Shown here: positions 17,769 to 27,654 of the stretch, piece by piece | Numbering within the stretch: the stretch's first letter is position 1 | Layout of the letters: each line of letters begins with the position of its first letter | The notes under the pieces: generated by a model | The model's database searches: none | The model's input: only the letters and a program-made list of their open reading frames with translations | What the model was told of the DNA's origin: nothing | From: Vicinamibacteria bacterium | Lineage (GTDB): Bacteria > Acidobacteriota > Vicinamibacteria > Marinacidobacterales > Marinacidobacteraceae | Assembly (NCBI GenBank): GCA_963555995.3 | Contig: OY821641.1 | Coordinates: 2,496,001-2,560,000, forward strand | Length of the DNA: 64,000 nucleotides | Direction of reading: 5' to 3' | Made by a program: the position numbers and the translations under genes

Positions 17769-20102
17769 TCAGAAACGGAAGAGGCGGGTGAACTTGACGA
17801 TGAAGGACTGCGTGTTGAGTTCGGGGTACCCGGGCGCCAGGGTGTCCCGGAGGGAGTTGTAGACAACGTAGAGGTCGCTGCCCGGTTCGTACTCCCAGCG
17901 GAAGCGGACGTTCGTCGAGAGGCTGTTCGCGGCGGTGTTGTACTGGAGGAACGCCGCGAAGAAGCTGCGGGGCGAGAGCGTGTAGTTGATCCGCGAGGCG
18001 ATCAGGCTGGTGTCGTAGTCGCCGGTCGGAAGATCAATCCAGTTCATCGAGACGGTGGGTTCGAGGGAGAAGCGCGTCGTCACCTCGACCCGCCCGCGCC
18101 ACGCCGCCTCGCGGCGCGTCCCCGAGAAGAAGCCCCCCTGCTGGTAGGCGAAGTTTCCCGAGACGGGACGCTGCGGCCCCGCCTGGTAGGCGACCCGGAC
18201 GTGGTCGAAGTCATAGGGGCCCACCCCGACGCCGATCCCCGCGTCCGCGTCCAGGAAGAACTCTTCGCTCAGCACCTCCCGGTTGCGGGCGGCGTCCATG
18301 TTCAGCCGGTCCCCGTTCTCCAGTTCGACCTCCGTCTGCAACTGGAGGATCCGCGTTTCCAGGGTCCCTTCGTTGTCGGTGGTGTAGTCGAGGCTGCCGG
18401 TCCAGCCGATCTGGCGCAGCCAGGAGATCGAGTGCGGCCGGGGGCTGAAGCGCGCCTCGCCGTAGTTGCGCTGGAAGTCCCGGCGGCGCAGGAACCCGAT
18501 GCCCGGATCGAAACCGTCTCCGACCACCAGCCGTTCCGTCTTCAGCCCGTAACGGTCGCCGTTGTACTCGAACTGGCCCAGGTAGCTCATCCCGGTCCGG
18601 TCCTCGAGCTCGTTTTGCGTCCAGGCGGCGTAGGACTGGATGGTGAGGTTCTCGAAGAACCCGAAGCGGGCGTCCATCCCGTAGGCGAAGTTCCGCCCCA
18701 GCCCGCCGGCGCCGTGGGAGCGGTAGGTGCCCATGACGCCCACGGTGCTGCGGTTCAGGATGTCGCGCTTCAGCCGCAGGACGGAGAAGTCGGTCTCCGG
18801 TGCGCCGGCGGCGCTGTTCGCACCGGTGCGGATGGCGAGGGCCCCGACACCGAAGTCGCCGAGCTTGCCGGTCACCCGGCCGCCGCCGAGGATCGGCACG
18901 ATCTGGCCGCCGGCGATCCCGATCTGGCGGCTGAAGAAGAGCACCGGGGTACTGCTCGGCGGGCCGAAGCTGCGCGTGGACCCCGCGGGCGGGCTCCGGC
19001 TCGCGGTGCCGAAGCTGAAGGTCCCCTGCCCTTCGAGGAAGAACTCGCGCTTCTCGGGAAAGAACAGGCTGAAACGGGTCAGGTTGATCTGCTGGGCGTC
19101 CGCCTCGACCTGGGCGAAGTCGGTGTTCCAGGTGAGGTCGGCGATCAGGCCGCTGGTGATGCCGACCTTGGCGTCCACCCCGAAGTCGCCGCCGTAGTCC
19201 CGCTCCAGCCCGCCGGCGGCGGCGCGGACCCCGGCGGCGTCCCCGATGAGGTAGGGCTTCACGTCCACGGTCCGGGAACTCGCCGGCGCGTCCAGGCCCA
19301 CGAGCGTCCCCGCCGAGCTGATCTTGGTGATGCCGCGGGGTCCGAGAGCCGTGGGGACCCGGGTGAGGTAGGACAGCTCGTTTTTCCAGCGCACCGTGCG
19401 GCGGAAGTTGATGCCCCACACCTGGGGGCCTCCGCTCGCGTAGCGCAGCGTCTTGAACGGGATCCGCATCTCCATGGTCCAGCCGTTTTCGAACCGTGCC
19501 GCCCGCGAGTCCCAGACCCCGGACCAGTCGCGGTTGGGAGGGTTCTCGTCCGCGATGAGGCCGTCGAAGAACCCGCCGAGCGGGTTCATGTAGAAGAAGA
19601 AGGCGTTCCGGCGGTCGTAGAAGGTGTCGAGGACGACCGCGAGGTTCTCGTTGTTGAAGATGCCGAAGTTGTCGCGCCGCATCTCGGTCGCCACCATGCG
19701 GTGGGGCTGGCTGTCCCAGCACCTGCCGGCGACGTACACCGCCTCGTCGTCGTAGAAGATCCAGACTTCGGTCGGCTCGGTGGCGGGTTCGCCGTCGAGC
19801 GGCAGCGACTGGATGAAACCGCCCACCCCGGGCACCCGGTCGTAGATGGCGTCGTCGAGGCGGCCGTCGAAATCGAGCGGCTCGGTGAGGCGGGTGGCGC
19901 GCATGGTGGCGCCCCCGGCGTCGTCGCGCCGCACCATCTCGGGAAGCTCGGGGGGCGCGGGGCCGCGCACCACGGAGGCCGGCGCCGGCGCCGAGCCCTG
20001 GCCGTCTTGGCGTTCGGCGAGCTCCGCGGACTGCGCCCACAGGGAAACCGGAACGATCAGGGCGGCGCCGGGAAGGAGGAGCCGGAACGCAGAGGGGGCC
20101 AA
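17769..20102 (-). CDS. DUF5916-family (CBM9-like + outer-membrane barrel) protein, paralog 1
   Basis: DGRLDD, LDTFYDRR, W..EMRIPF, NTDFAQVEAD..INLTRFSLFFPEKREFFLEG, C-terminal FRF. Confidence 0.82.
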   Translation of the reverse strand: MAPSAFRLLLPGAALIVPVSLWAQSAELAERQDGQGSAPAPASVVRGPAPPELPEMVRRDDAGGATMRATRLTEPLDFDGRLDDAIYDRVPGVGGFIQSLPLDGEPATEPTEVWIFYDDEAVYVAGRCWDSQPHRMVATEMRRDNFGIFNNENLAVVLDTFYDRRNAFFFYMNPLGGFFDGLIADENPPNRDWSGVWDSRAARFENGWTMEMRIPFKTLRYASGGPQVWGINFRRTVRWKNELSYLTRVPTALGPRGITKISSAGTLVGLDAPASSRTVDVKPYLIGDAAGVRAAAGGLERDYGGDFGVDAKVGITSGLIADLTWNTDFAQVEADAQQINLTRFSLFFPEKREFFLEGQGTFSFGTASRSPPAGSTRSFGPPSSTPVLFFSRQIGIAGGQIVPILGGGRVTGKLGDFGVGALAIRTGANSAAGAPETDFSVLRLKRDILNRSTVGVMGTYRSHGAGGLGRNFAYGMDARFGFFENLTIQSYAAWTQNELEDRTGMSYLGQFEYNGDRYGLKTERLVVGDGFDPGIGFLRRRDFQRNYGEARFSPRPHSISWLRQIGWTGSLDYTTDNEGTLETRILQLQTEVELENGDRLNMDAARNREVLSEEFFLDADAGIGVGVGPYDFDHVRVAYQAGPQRPVSGNFAYQQGGFFSGTRREAAWRGRVEVTTRFSLEPTVSMNWIDLPTGDYDTSLIASRINYTLSPRSFFAAFLQYNTAANSLSTNVRFRWEYEPGSDLYVVYNSLRDTLAPGYPELNTQSFIVKFTRLFRF

Positions 20103-20164
20103 AAGAGGGACTCGGAGGTCCCGGAACTCTACGCCGGGACCGGTGGCCGATCCGGGGTCCGGCG

Positions 20165-20220
20165 GCGACGTGCGCAGCGCGGAGCGCTGCGCGTGCCGGT
20201 CTGAAGACCGGCGCTCCCGG
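20165..20220 (+). repeat. REP family A variant
   Basis: GCGCAGCGC-GGA-GCGCTGCGC plus GCCGGTCTGAAGACCGGC. Confidence 0.8.
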
Positions 20221-20222
20221 CC

Positions 20223-22556
20223 TCAGAAGCGGAAGAGGCGGGTGAACTTGACGATGAGGGCCTGGGTGTTGAGTTCGGGGTATCCCGGCGCCAGCGTGTC
20301 GCGGAGCGAGTTGTAGACGACGTAGAAGTCGCTGCCCGGTTCGTACTCCCAGCGGAACCGGACGTTCGTGGAGAGGCTGTTCGCGGCGGTGTTGTACTGG
20401 AGGAACGCCGCGAGGAAGCTGCGGGGCGACAGGGTGTAGTTGATCCGGGAGGCGATCAGGCTGGTGTCGTAGTCGCCGGCCGGGAGGTCAATCCAGTTCA
20501 GGGAGACGATGGGCTCAAGGGAGAACTGCGGCGTCACCTCCACGCGTCCGCGCCATGCCGCCTCGCGGCGGGTTCCGGAGAAGAAACCCCCCTGCTGGTA
20601 GGCGAAGTTGCCCGAGATGGGGCGGGTCGGCCCCGCCTGGTAGCTGATCCGCACGTCGTCGAAGTCGTAGGCGCCGACCCCGACGCCGATGCCCGCGTCG
20701 GCGTCCAGCAGGAACTCCTCGCTCAGCACTTCGCGGTTCCGGGCGGCATTCACGTTGAGCTGGTCTCCGTTCTCGAACTCCACCCGCGTGCGCAGCGAGA
20801 AGATCCGGGTTTCCAGGATCCCTTCGTTGTCGGTGGTGTGGTCCACGCTGCCGGTCCAGCCGATCTTGCGAAGCCACGAGATCGAGTGCGGCCGGGGGCT
20901 GAAGCGCGCCTCGGCGTAGTTGCGCTGGAAATCCCGGCGGCGCAGGAACCCGATGCCGGGGTCGAAGCCGTCCCCGACCACGAGCCGTTCCGTCTTGAGG
21001 CCGTAGCGGTCGCCGTTGTAGTCGAGCTGGCCCAGGTAGCTCATCCCGGTCTTGTCTTCGAGTTCGTTCTGCGTCCAGGCGGCGTAGCTCTGGATGGTGA
21101 GGTTCTCGAAGAACCCGAACTGGGCGTCCATCCCGTAGGCGAAGTTCCGTCCCAGCCCGCTCGGGGTGTGGGAGCGGTAGGTGCCCATGACGCCCACCGT
21201 ACTGCGGTTCAGGACGTCGCGCTTCAGCCGCAGGACCGAGAAGTCCGTCTTGGGCGCGCCCGCGGCGGTGTTCGCGCCGCTGCGGATGGCGAGCGCCCCG
21301 ACGCCGAAGTCGCCGAGCTTGCCGGTCACCCGCCCGCCGCCGAGGATCGGCACCGCCTGGCCGCCGGCGATCCCGATCTGGCGGCTGAAGAAGAGCACCG
21401 GGGTGCTGCTCGGCGGGCCGAAGCTGCGCGTGGATCCGGAGGGCGGCGCCCGCGACGCGGTGCCAAAGGCGAAGATCCCCTGCCCCTCCAGGAAGAACTC
21501 TCGCTTCTCGGGAAAGAAGAGGCTGAAGCGGGTGAGGTTGATCTGCTGGGCGTCCGCCTCCACCTGGGCGAAGTCGGTGTTCCAGGTGAGGTCGGCGGTG
21601 AGCCCGCTGGTGATCCCGATCTTGGCGTCCACCCCGTAGTCGCCGCCGTACTCGCGTTCCAGCCCGCCGACGCCCGCGCGGACCCCGGCGCCGTCCCCGA
21701 TGACGTAGGGCTTGACCTCGACGGTGCGGGAACTCGCTGGCGCTTCGAGGCCCACCAGGGTGCCCGCCGAGCTGACCTTGGTCATCGCCCGCGGACCCAT
21801 GGCGGCGGGAAGCCGGGTCAGATAGGAGTACTCGTTCTTCCAGCGCACGATGCGGCGGAAGTTGATTCCCCAGACCTGCGGGCCGCCCCGGGCGTAGCGC
21901 AGGGTCTTGAAGGGGATGGCCATCTCCACGGTCCAGCCGTTCTCGAACCGGGCCGCCCTGGAGTCCCAGACCGCGGTCCAGTCGCGGTTCACGTTCAGTT
22001 CGTCCACGATGAGGCCGTCGAAGAAGCCACCGATCGGGTTCATATAGAAGAAGAAGGCGTTCCGCCGGTCGTAGAAGGTGTCCAGGATGAGGCCGAAGTT
22101 CTCGTTGTTGTGGATGCCGAAGTGGTCGCGGCGCATCTCGGTCGCCACCATCCGGTCGGGCTGGCTGTCCCAGTTGCGGCCGGCCACGTAGAGGGTGTCG
22201 TCGTCGTAGAAGACCCAGACCTCCGTCGCCTCGGTGGCGGGTTCGCCTTCGAGCGGCAGCGACTGGATGAACCCGCCCACCCCGGGCACCCGGTCGTAGA
22301 CGGCGTCGTCGAGGCGGCCGTCGAAGTCGAGCGGCTCCGTGAGGCGGGTGGCGCGCATGGTGGCGCCGCCCGCGTCGTCGCGGCGGACCATCTCGGGAAG
22401 GTCGGGAGGGGCGGGGCCCCGGACCGCGGCCGTGGCCGCCGGCGCCGCGCCCTGGCCCTGCTGGCGTTCACCGAGTTCGGCGGATTGTGCCCACAGGGAG
22501 ACCGGAACGATCAGGGCGGCGCCGGGGAGGAGGAGCCGGAACGCGGAGGGGGCCAA
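20223..22556 (-). CDS. DUF5916-family protein, paralog 2
   Basis: Same motifs; same length from the equivalent TTG as paralog 1; shared upstream sequence. Confidence 0.82.
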   Translation of the reverse strand: MAPSAFRLLLPGAALIVPVSLWAQSAELGERQQGQGAAPAATAAVRGPAPPDLPEMVRRDDAGGATMRATRLTEPLDFDGRLDDAVYDRVPGVGGFIQSLPLEGEPATEATEVWVFYDDDTLYVAGRNWDSQPDRMVATEMRRDHFGIHNNENFGLILDTFYDRRNAFFFYMNPIGGFFDGLIVDELNVNRDWTAVWDSRAARFENGWTVEMAIPFKTLRYARGGPQVWGINFRRIVRWKNEYSYLTRLPAAMGPRAMTKVSSAGTLVGLEAPASSRTVEVKPYVIGDGAGVRAGVGGLEREYGGDYGVDAKIGITSGLTADLTWNTDFAQVEADAQQINLTRFSLFFPEKREFFLEGQGIFAFGTASRAPPSGSTRSFGPPSSTPVLFFSRQIGIAGGQAVPILGGGRVTGKLGDFGVGALAIRSGANTAAGAPKTDFSVLRLKRDVLNRSTVGVMGTYRSHTPSGLGRNFAYGMDAQFGFFENLTIQSYAAWTQNELEDKTGMSYLGQLDYNGDRYGLKTERLVVGDGFDPGIGFLRRRDFQRNYAEARFSPRPHSISWLRKIGWTGSVDHTTDNEGILETRIFSLRTRVEFENGDQLNVNAARNREVLSEEFLLDADAGIGVGVGAYDFDDVRISYQAGPTRPISGNFAYQQGGFFSGTRREAAWRGRVEVTPQFSLEPIVSLNWIDLPAGDYDTSLIASRINYTLSPRSFLAAFLQYNTAANSLSTNVRFRWEYEPGSDFYVVYNSLRDTLAPGYPELNTQALIVKFTRLFRF

Positions 22557-22682
22557 CAAAGGGACTCGGAGGTCCCGGAACTCTACGGGACCGATGGCCG
22601 ATCCGGATCTGGCGTGGCATACGGTGGCGTCACCCCCGGAGGCGGGCGTTGGCAAACCGGGGGCGCCGCGAGGATGGGTCGA

Positions 22683-22864
22683 GTTACGACGAGCGCAGCG
22701 CGGAGCGCTGCGCGTGCCGGTCTGGAGACCGGCGTTCCAGGCCGGGGGCGCCACCTCCGCTCTTGAGCTCGACGCCGAGGCGGGAGCCGCCTTTCCGGAT
22801 GAGGTTGCGACGTGCGCAGCGCGGAGCGCTGCGCGTGCCGGTCTGGAGACCGGCGTTCCAAGCC
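22683..22864 (+). repeat. Two REP family A copies plus an empty IS21 target site
   Basis: Copies at 22683-22740 and 22804-22864; CACCTCCGCTCTTGAGC at 22752-22768. Confidence 0.83.
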
Positions 22865-22866
22865 CG

Positions 22867-25164
22867 TCAGAAGCGGAAGAGGCGGGTGAACTTGATGATG
22901 AAGGACTGGGTGTCGAGTTCGGGGTACCCGGGCATCAGGGTGTCCCGGAGCGAGTTGTAAACGAGGAAGAAGTCGCTGCCCGGCTGGTACTCCCAGCGGA
23001 ACCGGACGTTCGTCGAGAGGCTGTCGGCGGCGCTGTTGTACTGGAGGAACGCGGCGAGAAAGCTCCGGGGAGAGAGGTTGTAGTTGAGCCTCGCGGCGAC
23101 CAGCCGGGTGTCGTAAACCCCGCCCGGAAGGGTGATCCAGTTGAGGGAGACCGTCGGCTCCACGATGAAGTGGGGAATGACTTCGAGCCGGCCGCGCCAG
23201 GCGAGCTCGCGCCTCGTTCCCGAGAAGAACCCGCCCTGCTGCCAGGCGAAGGTCCCCGAGACCGGCCGCTGGGGACCGGCCCGGTAGCTGAGGCGGGCGG
23301 TGTCGAAGTCATGGGGGCCGATGGCCACCGCCAGGTCGTCCGTCAGCCGGAACTCCTCGTGGAGCACTTCCCGGTTCCGCGCCAACTCGAACTGGAAGCT
23401 GTCTCCGTTCTCGATCTCCGCCTCTGACCGGAGCGAGAAGATCCGGGTTTCGAGATTGCCGTCGCTATCCGTCGTGTAGTCCACGCTGGGGGTCCAGCCG
23501 ATCTTCCGCAGCCAGGCGATCGAGCGGGGCCGGGGGCTGAAGCGCGCCTCCGCGTAGTTGCGCTCGAAGTCCCGGCGCCGCAGGAAGCCGATCCCGGGAT
23601 CGAAGCCCTCGCCGACCACCAGCCGCTCGAACTGGAGCCCATAACGGTCGGCCTGGTAGTCGAACTGGCCGCGGTAGCTCATGCCGGTCCGCTCCTCGTG
23701 TTCGTTCTTCGTCCAGGCGGCGTAGCTGCGGATGTCGAGGTTCTCGTAGAGCCCGAAGCGGGCGTCCATCCCGTAGGCGGCGTTGCTCCCCAGGCCGTCT
23801 CCGGTGTCCGAGCGGTAGGTCCCCATCATGCCGACGGTGCTGCGGCCAAGGATGTCCCGCTTCAGCCGGATCACCGAGAAGTCGGTCTCCGGGGCGCCCG
23901 CCGCGGCGTTCGCGCCGGACCGCATGGCGAGCGCGCCGACGCCGAAGTCGCCGAGCTTCCCCGTCACCCGGGCGCCGCCGCGGATGGGCGCCAACCGGTT
24001 CCCGGCGATCCCGATCCGGCGGCTGAAGAAGAGGAGCGGGACGCTGCTCGGCGCTCCGAATCGGCGGGCCGAGGCGCGCGGCGTCCGCTCCGAGGTCCCG
24101 AAGGCGAAGAGTCCCTGCCCTTCCAGGAAGAACTCCCGCTTCTCGGGGAAGAAGAGGCTGAACCGGGTCAGGTTGATCTGCTGGGCGTCCGCCTCGACCT
24201 GCGCGAAGTCGGTGTTCCAGGTCAGGTCGGCGGTGAGCCCGCTGGTGATGCCGACCTTCGCGTCCACCCCGAAGTCGGAACCGAACTCCCGGTCGAACCC
24301 GGCGTCCTCCGCCCGGGAGCCGGCGGCGTCGCCGGTGAGGTACGGCTTCACCTCCACGGTCCGGGAGCTGGGCGGCGCCTCGAGGCCGACCAGGGTGCCG
24401 TAGGAACTGACCTTGGTGATGGACCAGATGCCGAGGGCGGCCGGGAGTTGGGTCAGGTAGGAGATTTCGTTCTTCCAGCGGACGACCCGGCGGAAGTTGA
24501 TGCCCCAGACCTGGGGACCTCCGGCGGGATAGCGGAGGGTCTTGAACGGAAACCGCAGTTCGGTCGTCCAGCCGTCCTCGAACCAGGCGGTCCGGGAGTC
24601 CCACACCGCGGTCCAGTCCCGGTTGAAGTTGCGTTCGTCGGTGATGAGGCCGTCGAAGAACCCGCCGAGGGGGTTCAGGTAGAAGATGAAGGCGTTCCGG
24701 CGGTCGTAGAAGGTGTCGAAGGTGACGGCGAGGTGCTGGTTCAGCCAGATGCTCCCGTGGTCGCGCCGCAACTCGTTGGCCACGATCCGGTGGGGCTGGG
24801 TGTCCCAGCAGCGTCCGGCGATGTAGATCGCCTCGTCGTCGAAGAAAACCCAGACCTCGGTCTTCTCGGTGGCCGGCGCCCCTTCGAGCGGCTCGGTCTG
24901 GATGAAATCGCTGATTCCGGGAACCCGGTCGTAGATCGCCTCGTCGAGCCGTCCATCAAGGTCGAGCGGCTCCTCGAGCCGAACGGCCCGGATGGTGGCG
25001 CCGCCCTGGTCGTCGCGCCGGATCATCGCCGGGGGTTCGGGGGGCGCGGGACCGTGGATCACGGGCGCCGGCGCGGGTTGCTCCTCCTGTTGGCCGCCGG
25101 CCAGCGGCGGCGCCGAAACCAGTCCGGCGGCAAGGGCGCCAAGCAGCCCGGGAAGGCGGCTCAG
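22867..25164 (-). CDS. DUF5916-family protein, paralog 3 (probable CTG start; first canonical start is 25062)
   Basis: Same motifs; an in-frame signal peptide lies upstream of the GTG at 25062. Confidence 0.78.
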   Translation of the reverse strand: MSRLPGLLGALAAGLVSAPPLAGGQQEEQPAPAPVIHGPAPPEPPAMIRRDDQGGATIRAVRLEEPLDLDGRLDEAIYDRVPGISDFIQTEPLEGAPATEKTEVWVFFDDEAIYIAGRCWDTQPHRIVANELRRDHGSIWLNQHLAVTFDTFYDRRNAFIFYLNPLGGFFDGLITDERNFNRDWTAVWDSRTAWFEDGWTTELRFPFKTLRYPAGGPQVWGINFRRVVRWKNEISYLTQLPAALGIWSITKVSSYGTLVGLEAPPSSRTVEVKPYLTGDAAGSRAEDAGFDREFGSDFGVDAKVGITSGLTADLTWNTDFAQVEADAQQINLTRFSLFFPEKREFFLEGQGLFAFGTSERTPRASARRFGAPSSVPLLFFSRRIGIAGNRLAPIRGGARVTGKLGDFGVGALAMRSGANAAAGAPETDFSVIRLKRDILGRSTVGMMGTYRSDTGDGLGSNAAYGMDARFGLYENLDIRSYAAWTKNEHEERTGMSYRGQFDYQADRYGLQFERLVVGEGFDPGIGFLRRRDFERNYAEARFSPRPRSIAWLRKIGWTPSVDYTTDSDGNLETRIFSLRSEAEIENGDSFQFELARNREVLHEEFRLTDDLAVAIGPHDFDTARLSYRAGPQRPVSGTFAWQQGGFFSGTRRELAWRGRLEVIPHFIVEPTVSLNWITLPGGVYDTRLVAARLNYNLSPRSFLAAFLQYNSAADSLSTNVRFRWEYQPGSDFFLVYNSLRDTLMPGYPELDTQSFIIKFTRLFRF

Positions 25165-27554
25165 AACCGGAAGAGGCGGGTGAACTTGACGACCAGCGCC
25201 CGGTCGGTCAGCCCGGAGAGGCCGTCATCCCCGTCCCGGTTCGTGCTGAAGACGACGAACAGGTCGCTGCCCGGCGAGTACTCCCACCGGAACCGCACGT
25301 TGGCGGACATGAGCTGCGCCGCCGAGTTGTACTGGACCAGCGCCCCGACGAAGCTGCGGGGGGAGACGGTGTAGGTGGCGCGCAGGCGGCTGACCTGCGC
25401 CTGCACTTCGCCGCCGGGCGCGTCAATCCAGTTGAGGCTGATGTTCGGCTCCATGGAAAACCGCTGGTTCACCTCGGCGCGTCCCCAGTAGCTCACCTCG
25501 CGCCGGGTGCCGCCGAAGAAGTCGCCGAACTCGTAGCGGACGTATCCCGAGACCGCGCGGTGCGTTCCCAGCCAGAACCGGATTCCGCTGCGCGCGAAGC
25601 GGTAGTTGCCCGCCGGCACCCGGACATCGCTGGAGAGGGGGAATCCTTCGAGGAGATGCTCCTCGGTCAGGGAGTGCGTCACCACCAGGCGGTCGCTGCT
25701 CTCGAAGATGGCCCGTCCCTCGAAGTTGTATTCCTGCGTCTCCATTTCGCCGTCGGGGCGGTCGTACCGGTTCGCGTCCACCTTGAACTCGAACTGGCGG
25801 ATCCGCTCGATCCCCCGCGGACGCGGGGCGAACGTGAGGGAGCCTCCGTTCTTGGTGAAGTCCCGCCGGCGGACGAAGCCCATCCCCGGGTTGAAGTCCT
25901 CGCCGAGGTAGAGCCGCTCGGCCGAGACATCAATCAGGTCGGTGTCATAGCGGAACTGGCCCATGTAGCTGGCCGCCCGGTGTCCGGCCTCCACGCCGGA
26001 CTCGCTCGTCGCCATGTAGAAGCTGTTGATCCGGATGTTCTCGGTGGGGGCGAAGTTCCCGTCCACCCCGTAGAGCGAGTTGGCCCCCGAACCGTCGGCG
26101 CCGATGTTCCGGTGGGTGGCGATGACGCCGATGTTGGACCGCGCGAAGAGGTCCCGCTTCATCCGGAAGGCGCTGAAGTTGGTGCTCTCCACGTCGAGGC
26201 CGGGCACCGTCCCCGTCTGGATGTTCATGAGCCCCATCGTGTAGGCGCCGGCCCGGCCGTGGAGGCGGGCGCCCCCGAGGATCGGGACCGCGCTGCCGCC
26301 GGAGATCCCGATGGACCGGCTGAAGAACGGGATGGGGGCGTCGGACGGGCCCTGCCCGCCGAAGGCGCGGGTCTGCCGGCCGCCGAAGTCGAACACCCCC
26401 TGTCCCTCGAGGAAGAACTCGCGCTTCTCCGGGTAGAAGAGGCTGAAGCGGCTCAGGTTGACCTGGGTCTCGTCGTCCTCGACCTGCGCGAAGTCGGTGT
26501 TCCAGGTGACGTCGGCGGTGAGCCCGTCGGTGACGCCGAACTTGAAATCGGCGCCGAGGTCGCCGGACCACTCGTCGTTGATGTCGCGCAGGGGCGCATT
26601 CGCCTGGGAGCCGATGGCGTAGGGCTTGAGCTCCATCCGGCGCGAGCCGGCGGGCGCTTCGAGGCCCACGAGCGTCGCCGCATTGGACAGGCGGATCAGC
26701 GCCTGCCGGTCGTAGGCCTGCGGCGTGGGGGTGAAGAACACCTTCTCGTTCCGGTGCTTGATGTTCCGCTGGAAGTTGATGCCCCAGAGCTGGGCGCCGC
26801 CGGACGCGTAGCGGAGCGAGCGGAAGGGAATCCGGATCTCGGTGGTCCAGCCGCCCTCCACCGTCCGGCTCTTCACCCACCAGACGGTGTTCCAGTCGGC
26901 GTTCGTGTTCCGCTCGTCGGTCACCTGGGCGTCGTAGAGGGCGCCGAGGGGGTTCGTGTGGAACAGGAACCCGTTCCGGCGGTCGTAGAAGGTGTCGAGG
27001 ACGATCTGGAAGCTGTCGTTCCAGCCGATGCTCATGTGGTCCCGCCGCCGCTCGCCAGCCATCAGCGGACCCGGATGCTCCAGATCGGCCGCGATGTAGA
27101 GGTTCTCCGCGTCGTAGAGCACCCAGACGCGGGTGTCTTCCGAGGCGGGAGCGCCCTCGTTCGGCTCCTGCTGCAGGAAGCCGCCCGCCGCCGGGACCTG
27201 GTCGTACACCGGATCGTCGAGCACCCCGTCCACGGTGAGCGGCTCGGAGAGGCGGAAGGCGCGGAGGGTCACCCCGCCGTCCGCGTCGCGGCTGACGGCT
27301 TCCCCGGCGGCCGGCGCCGGCGGACCCAGGATGCGGCTCGCCATCGCCGAACTGACGGACCCCTGTTGATCGTCCGCGAGCCGCCCGGCGCCCCGGAGCG
27401 GAATGGCCAGGTCGCCGGAACCGTCCTGGACCTGGCGGTCGCGCGGCGGCGGAACGGGTCCGTCGGCGCCCGCGGAGACCCCGGCCGAAAGGGTGAAGAA
27501 CCCGACGGCGGCGACGCCCACACAACGCTGGAAAGTCAGGAAAGGGCGGTACAC
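25161..27554 (-). CDS. DUF5916-family protein, paralog 4
   Basis: Signal peptide; NTDFAQVEDDETQVNLSRFSLFYPEKREFFLEG; C-terminal FRF. Confidence 0.82.
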   Translation of the reverse strand: MYRPFLTFQRCVGVAAVGFFTLSAGVSAGADGPVPPPRDRQVQDGSGDLAIPLRGAGRLADDQQGSVSSAMASRILGPPAPAAGEAVSRDADGGVTLRAFRLSEPLTVDGVLDDPVYDQVPAAGGFLQQEPNEGAPASEDTRVWVLYDAENLYIAADLEHPGPLMAGERRRDHMSIGWNDSFQIVLDTFYDRRNGFLFHTNPLGALYDAQVTDERNTNADWNTVWWVKSRTVEGGWTTEIRIPFRSLRYASGGAQLWGINFQRNIKHRNEKVFFTPTPQAYDRQALIRLSNAATLVGLEAPAGSRRMELKPYAIGSQANAPLRDINDEWSGDLGADFKFGVTDGLTADVTWNTDFAQVEDDETQVNLSRFSLFYPEKREFFLEGQGVFDFGGRQTRAFGGQGPSDAPIPFFSRSIGISGGSAVPILGGARLHGRAGAYTMGLMNIQTGTVPGLDVESTNFSAFRMKRDLFARSNIGVIATHRNIGADGSGANSLYGVDGNFAPTENIRINSFYMATSESGVEAGHRAASYMGQFRYDTDLIDVSAERLYLGEDFNPGMGFVRRRDFTKNGGSLTFAPRPRGIERIRQFEFKVDANRYDRPDGEMETQEYNFEGRAIFESSDRLVVTHSLTEEHLLEGFPLSSDVRVPAGNYRFARSGIRFWLGTHRAVSGYVRYEFGDFFGGTRREVSYWGRAEVNQRFSMEPNISLNWIDAPGGEVQAQVSRLRATYTVSPRSFVGALVQYNSAAQLMSANVRFRWEYSPGSDLFVVFSTNRDGDDGLSGLTDRALVVKFTRLFRF

Positions 27555-27654
27555 GGCAACCGGATCTCGGTGCGAGAAATCTCGAAGACCAACGCGAATT
27601 CTAGCGGAACGGCATCATGTGCCGCCGCGCCGCTGGCGGCCGGGAAGTGCCCCG

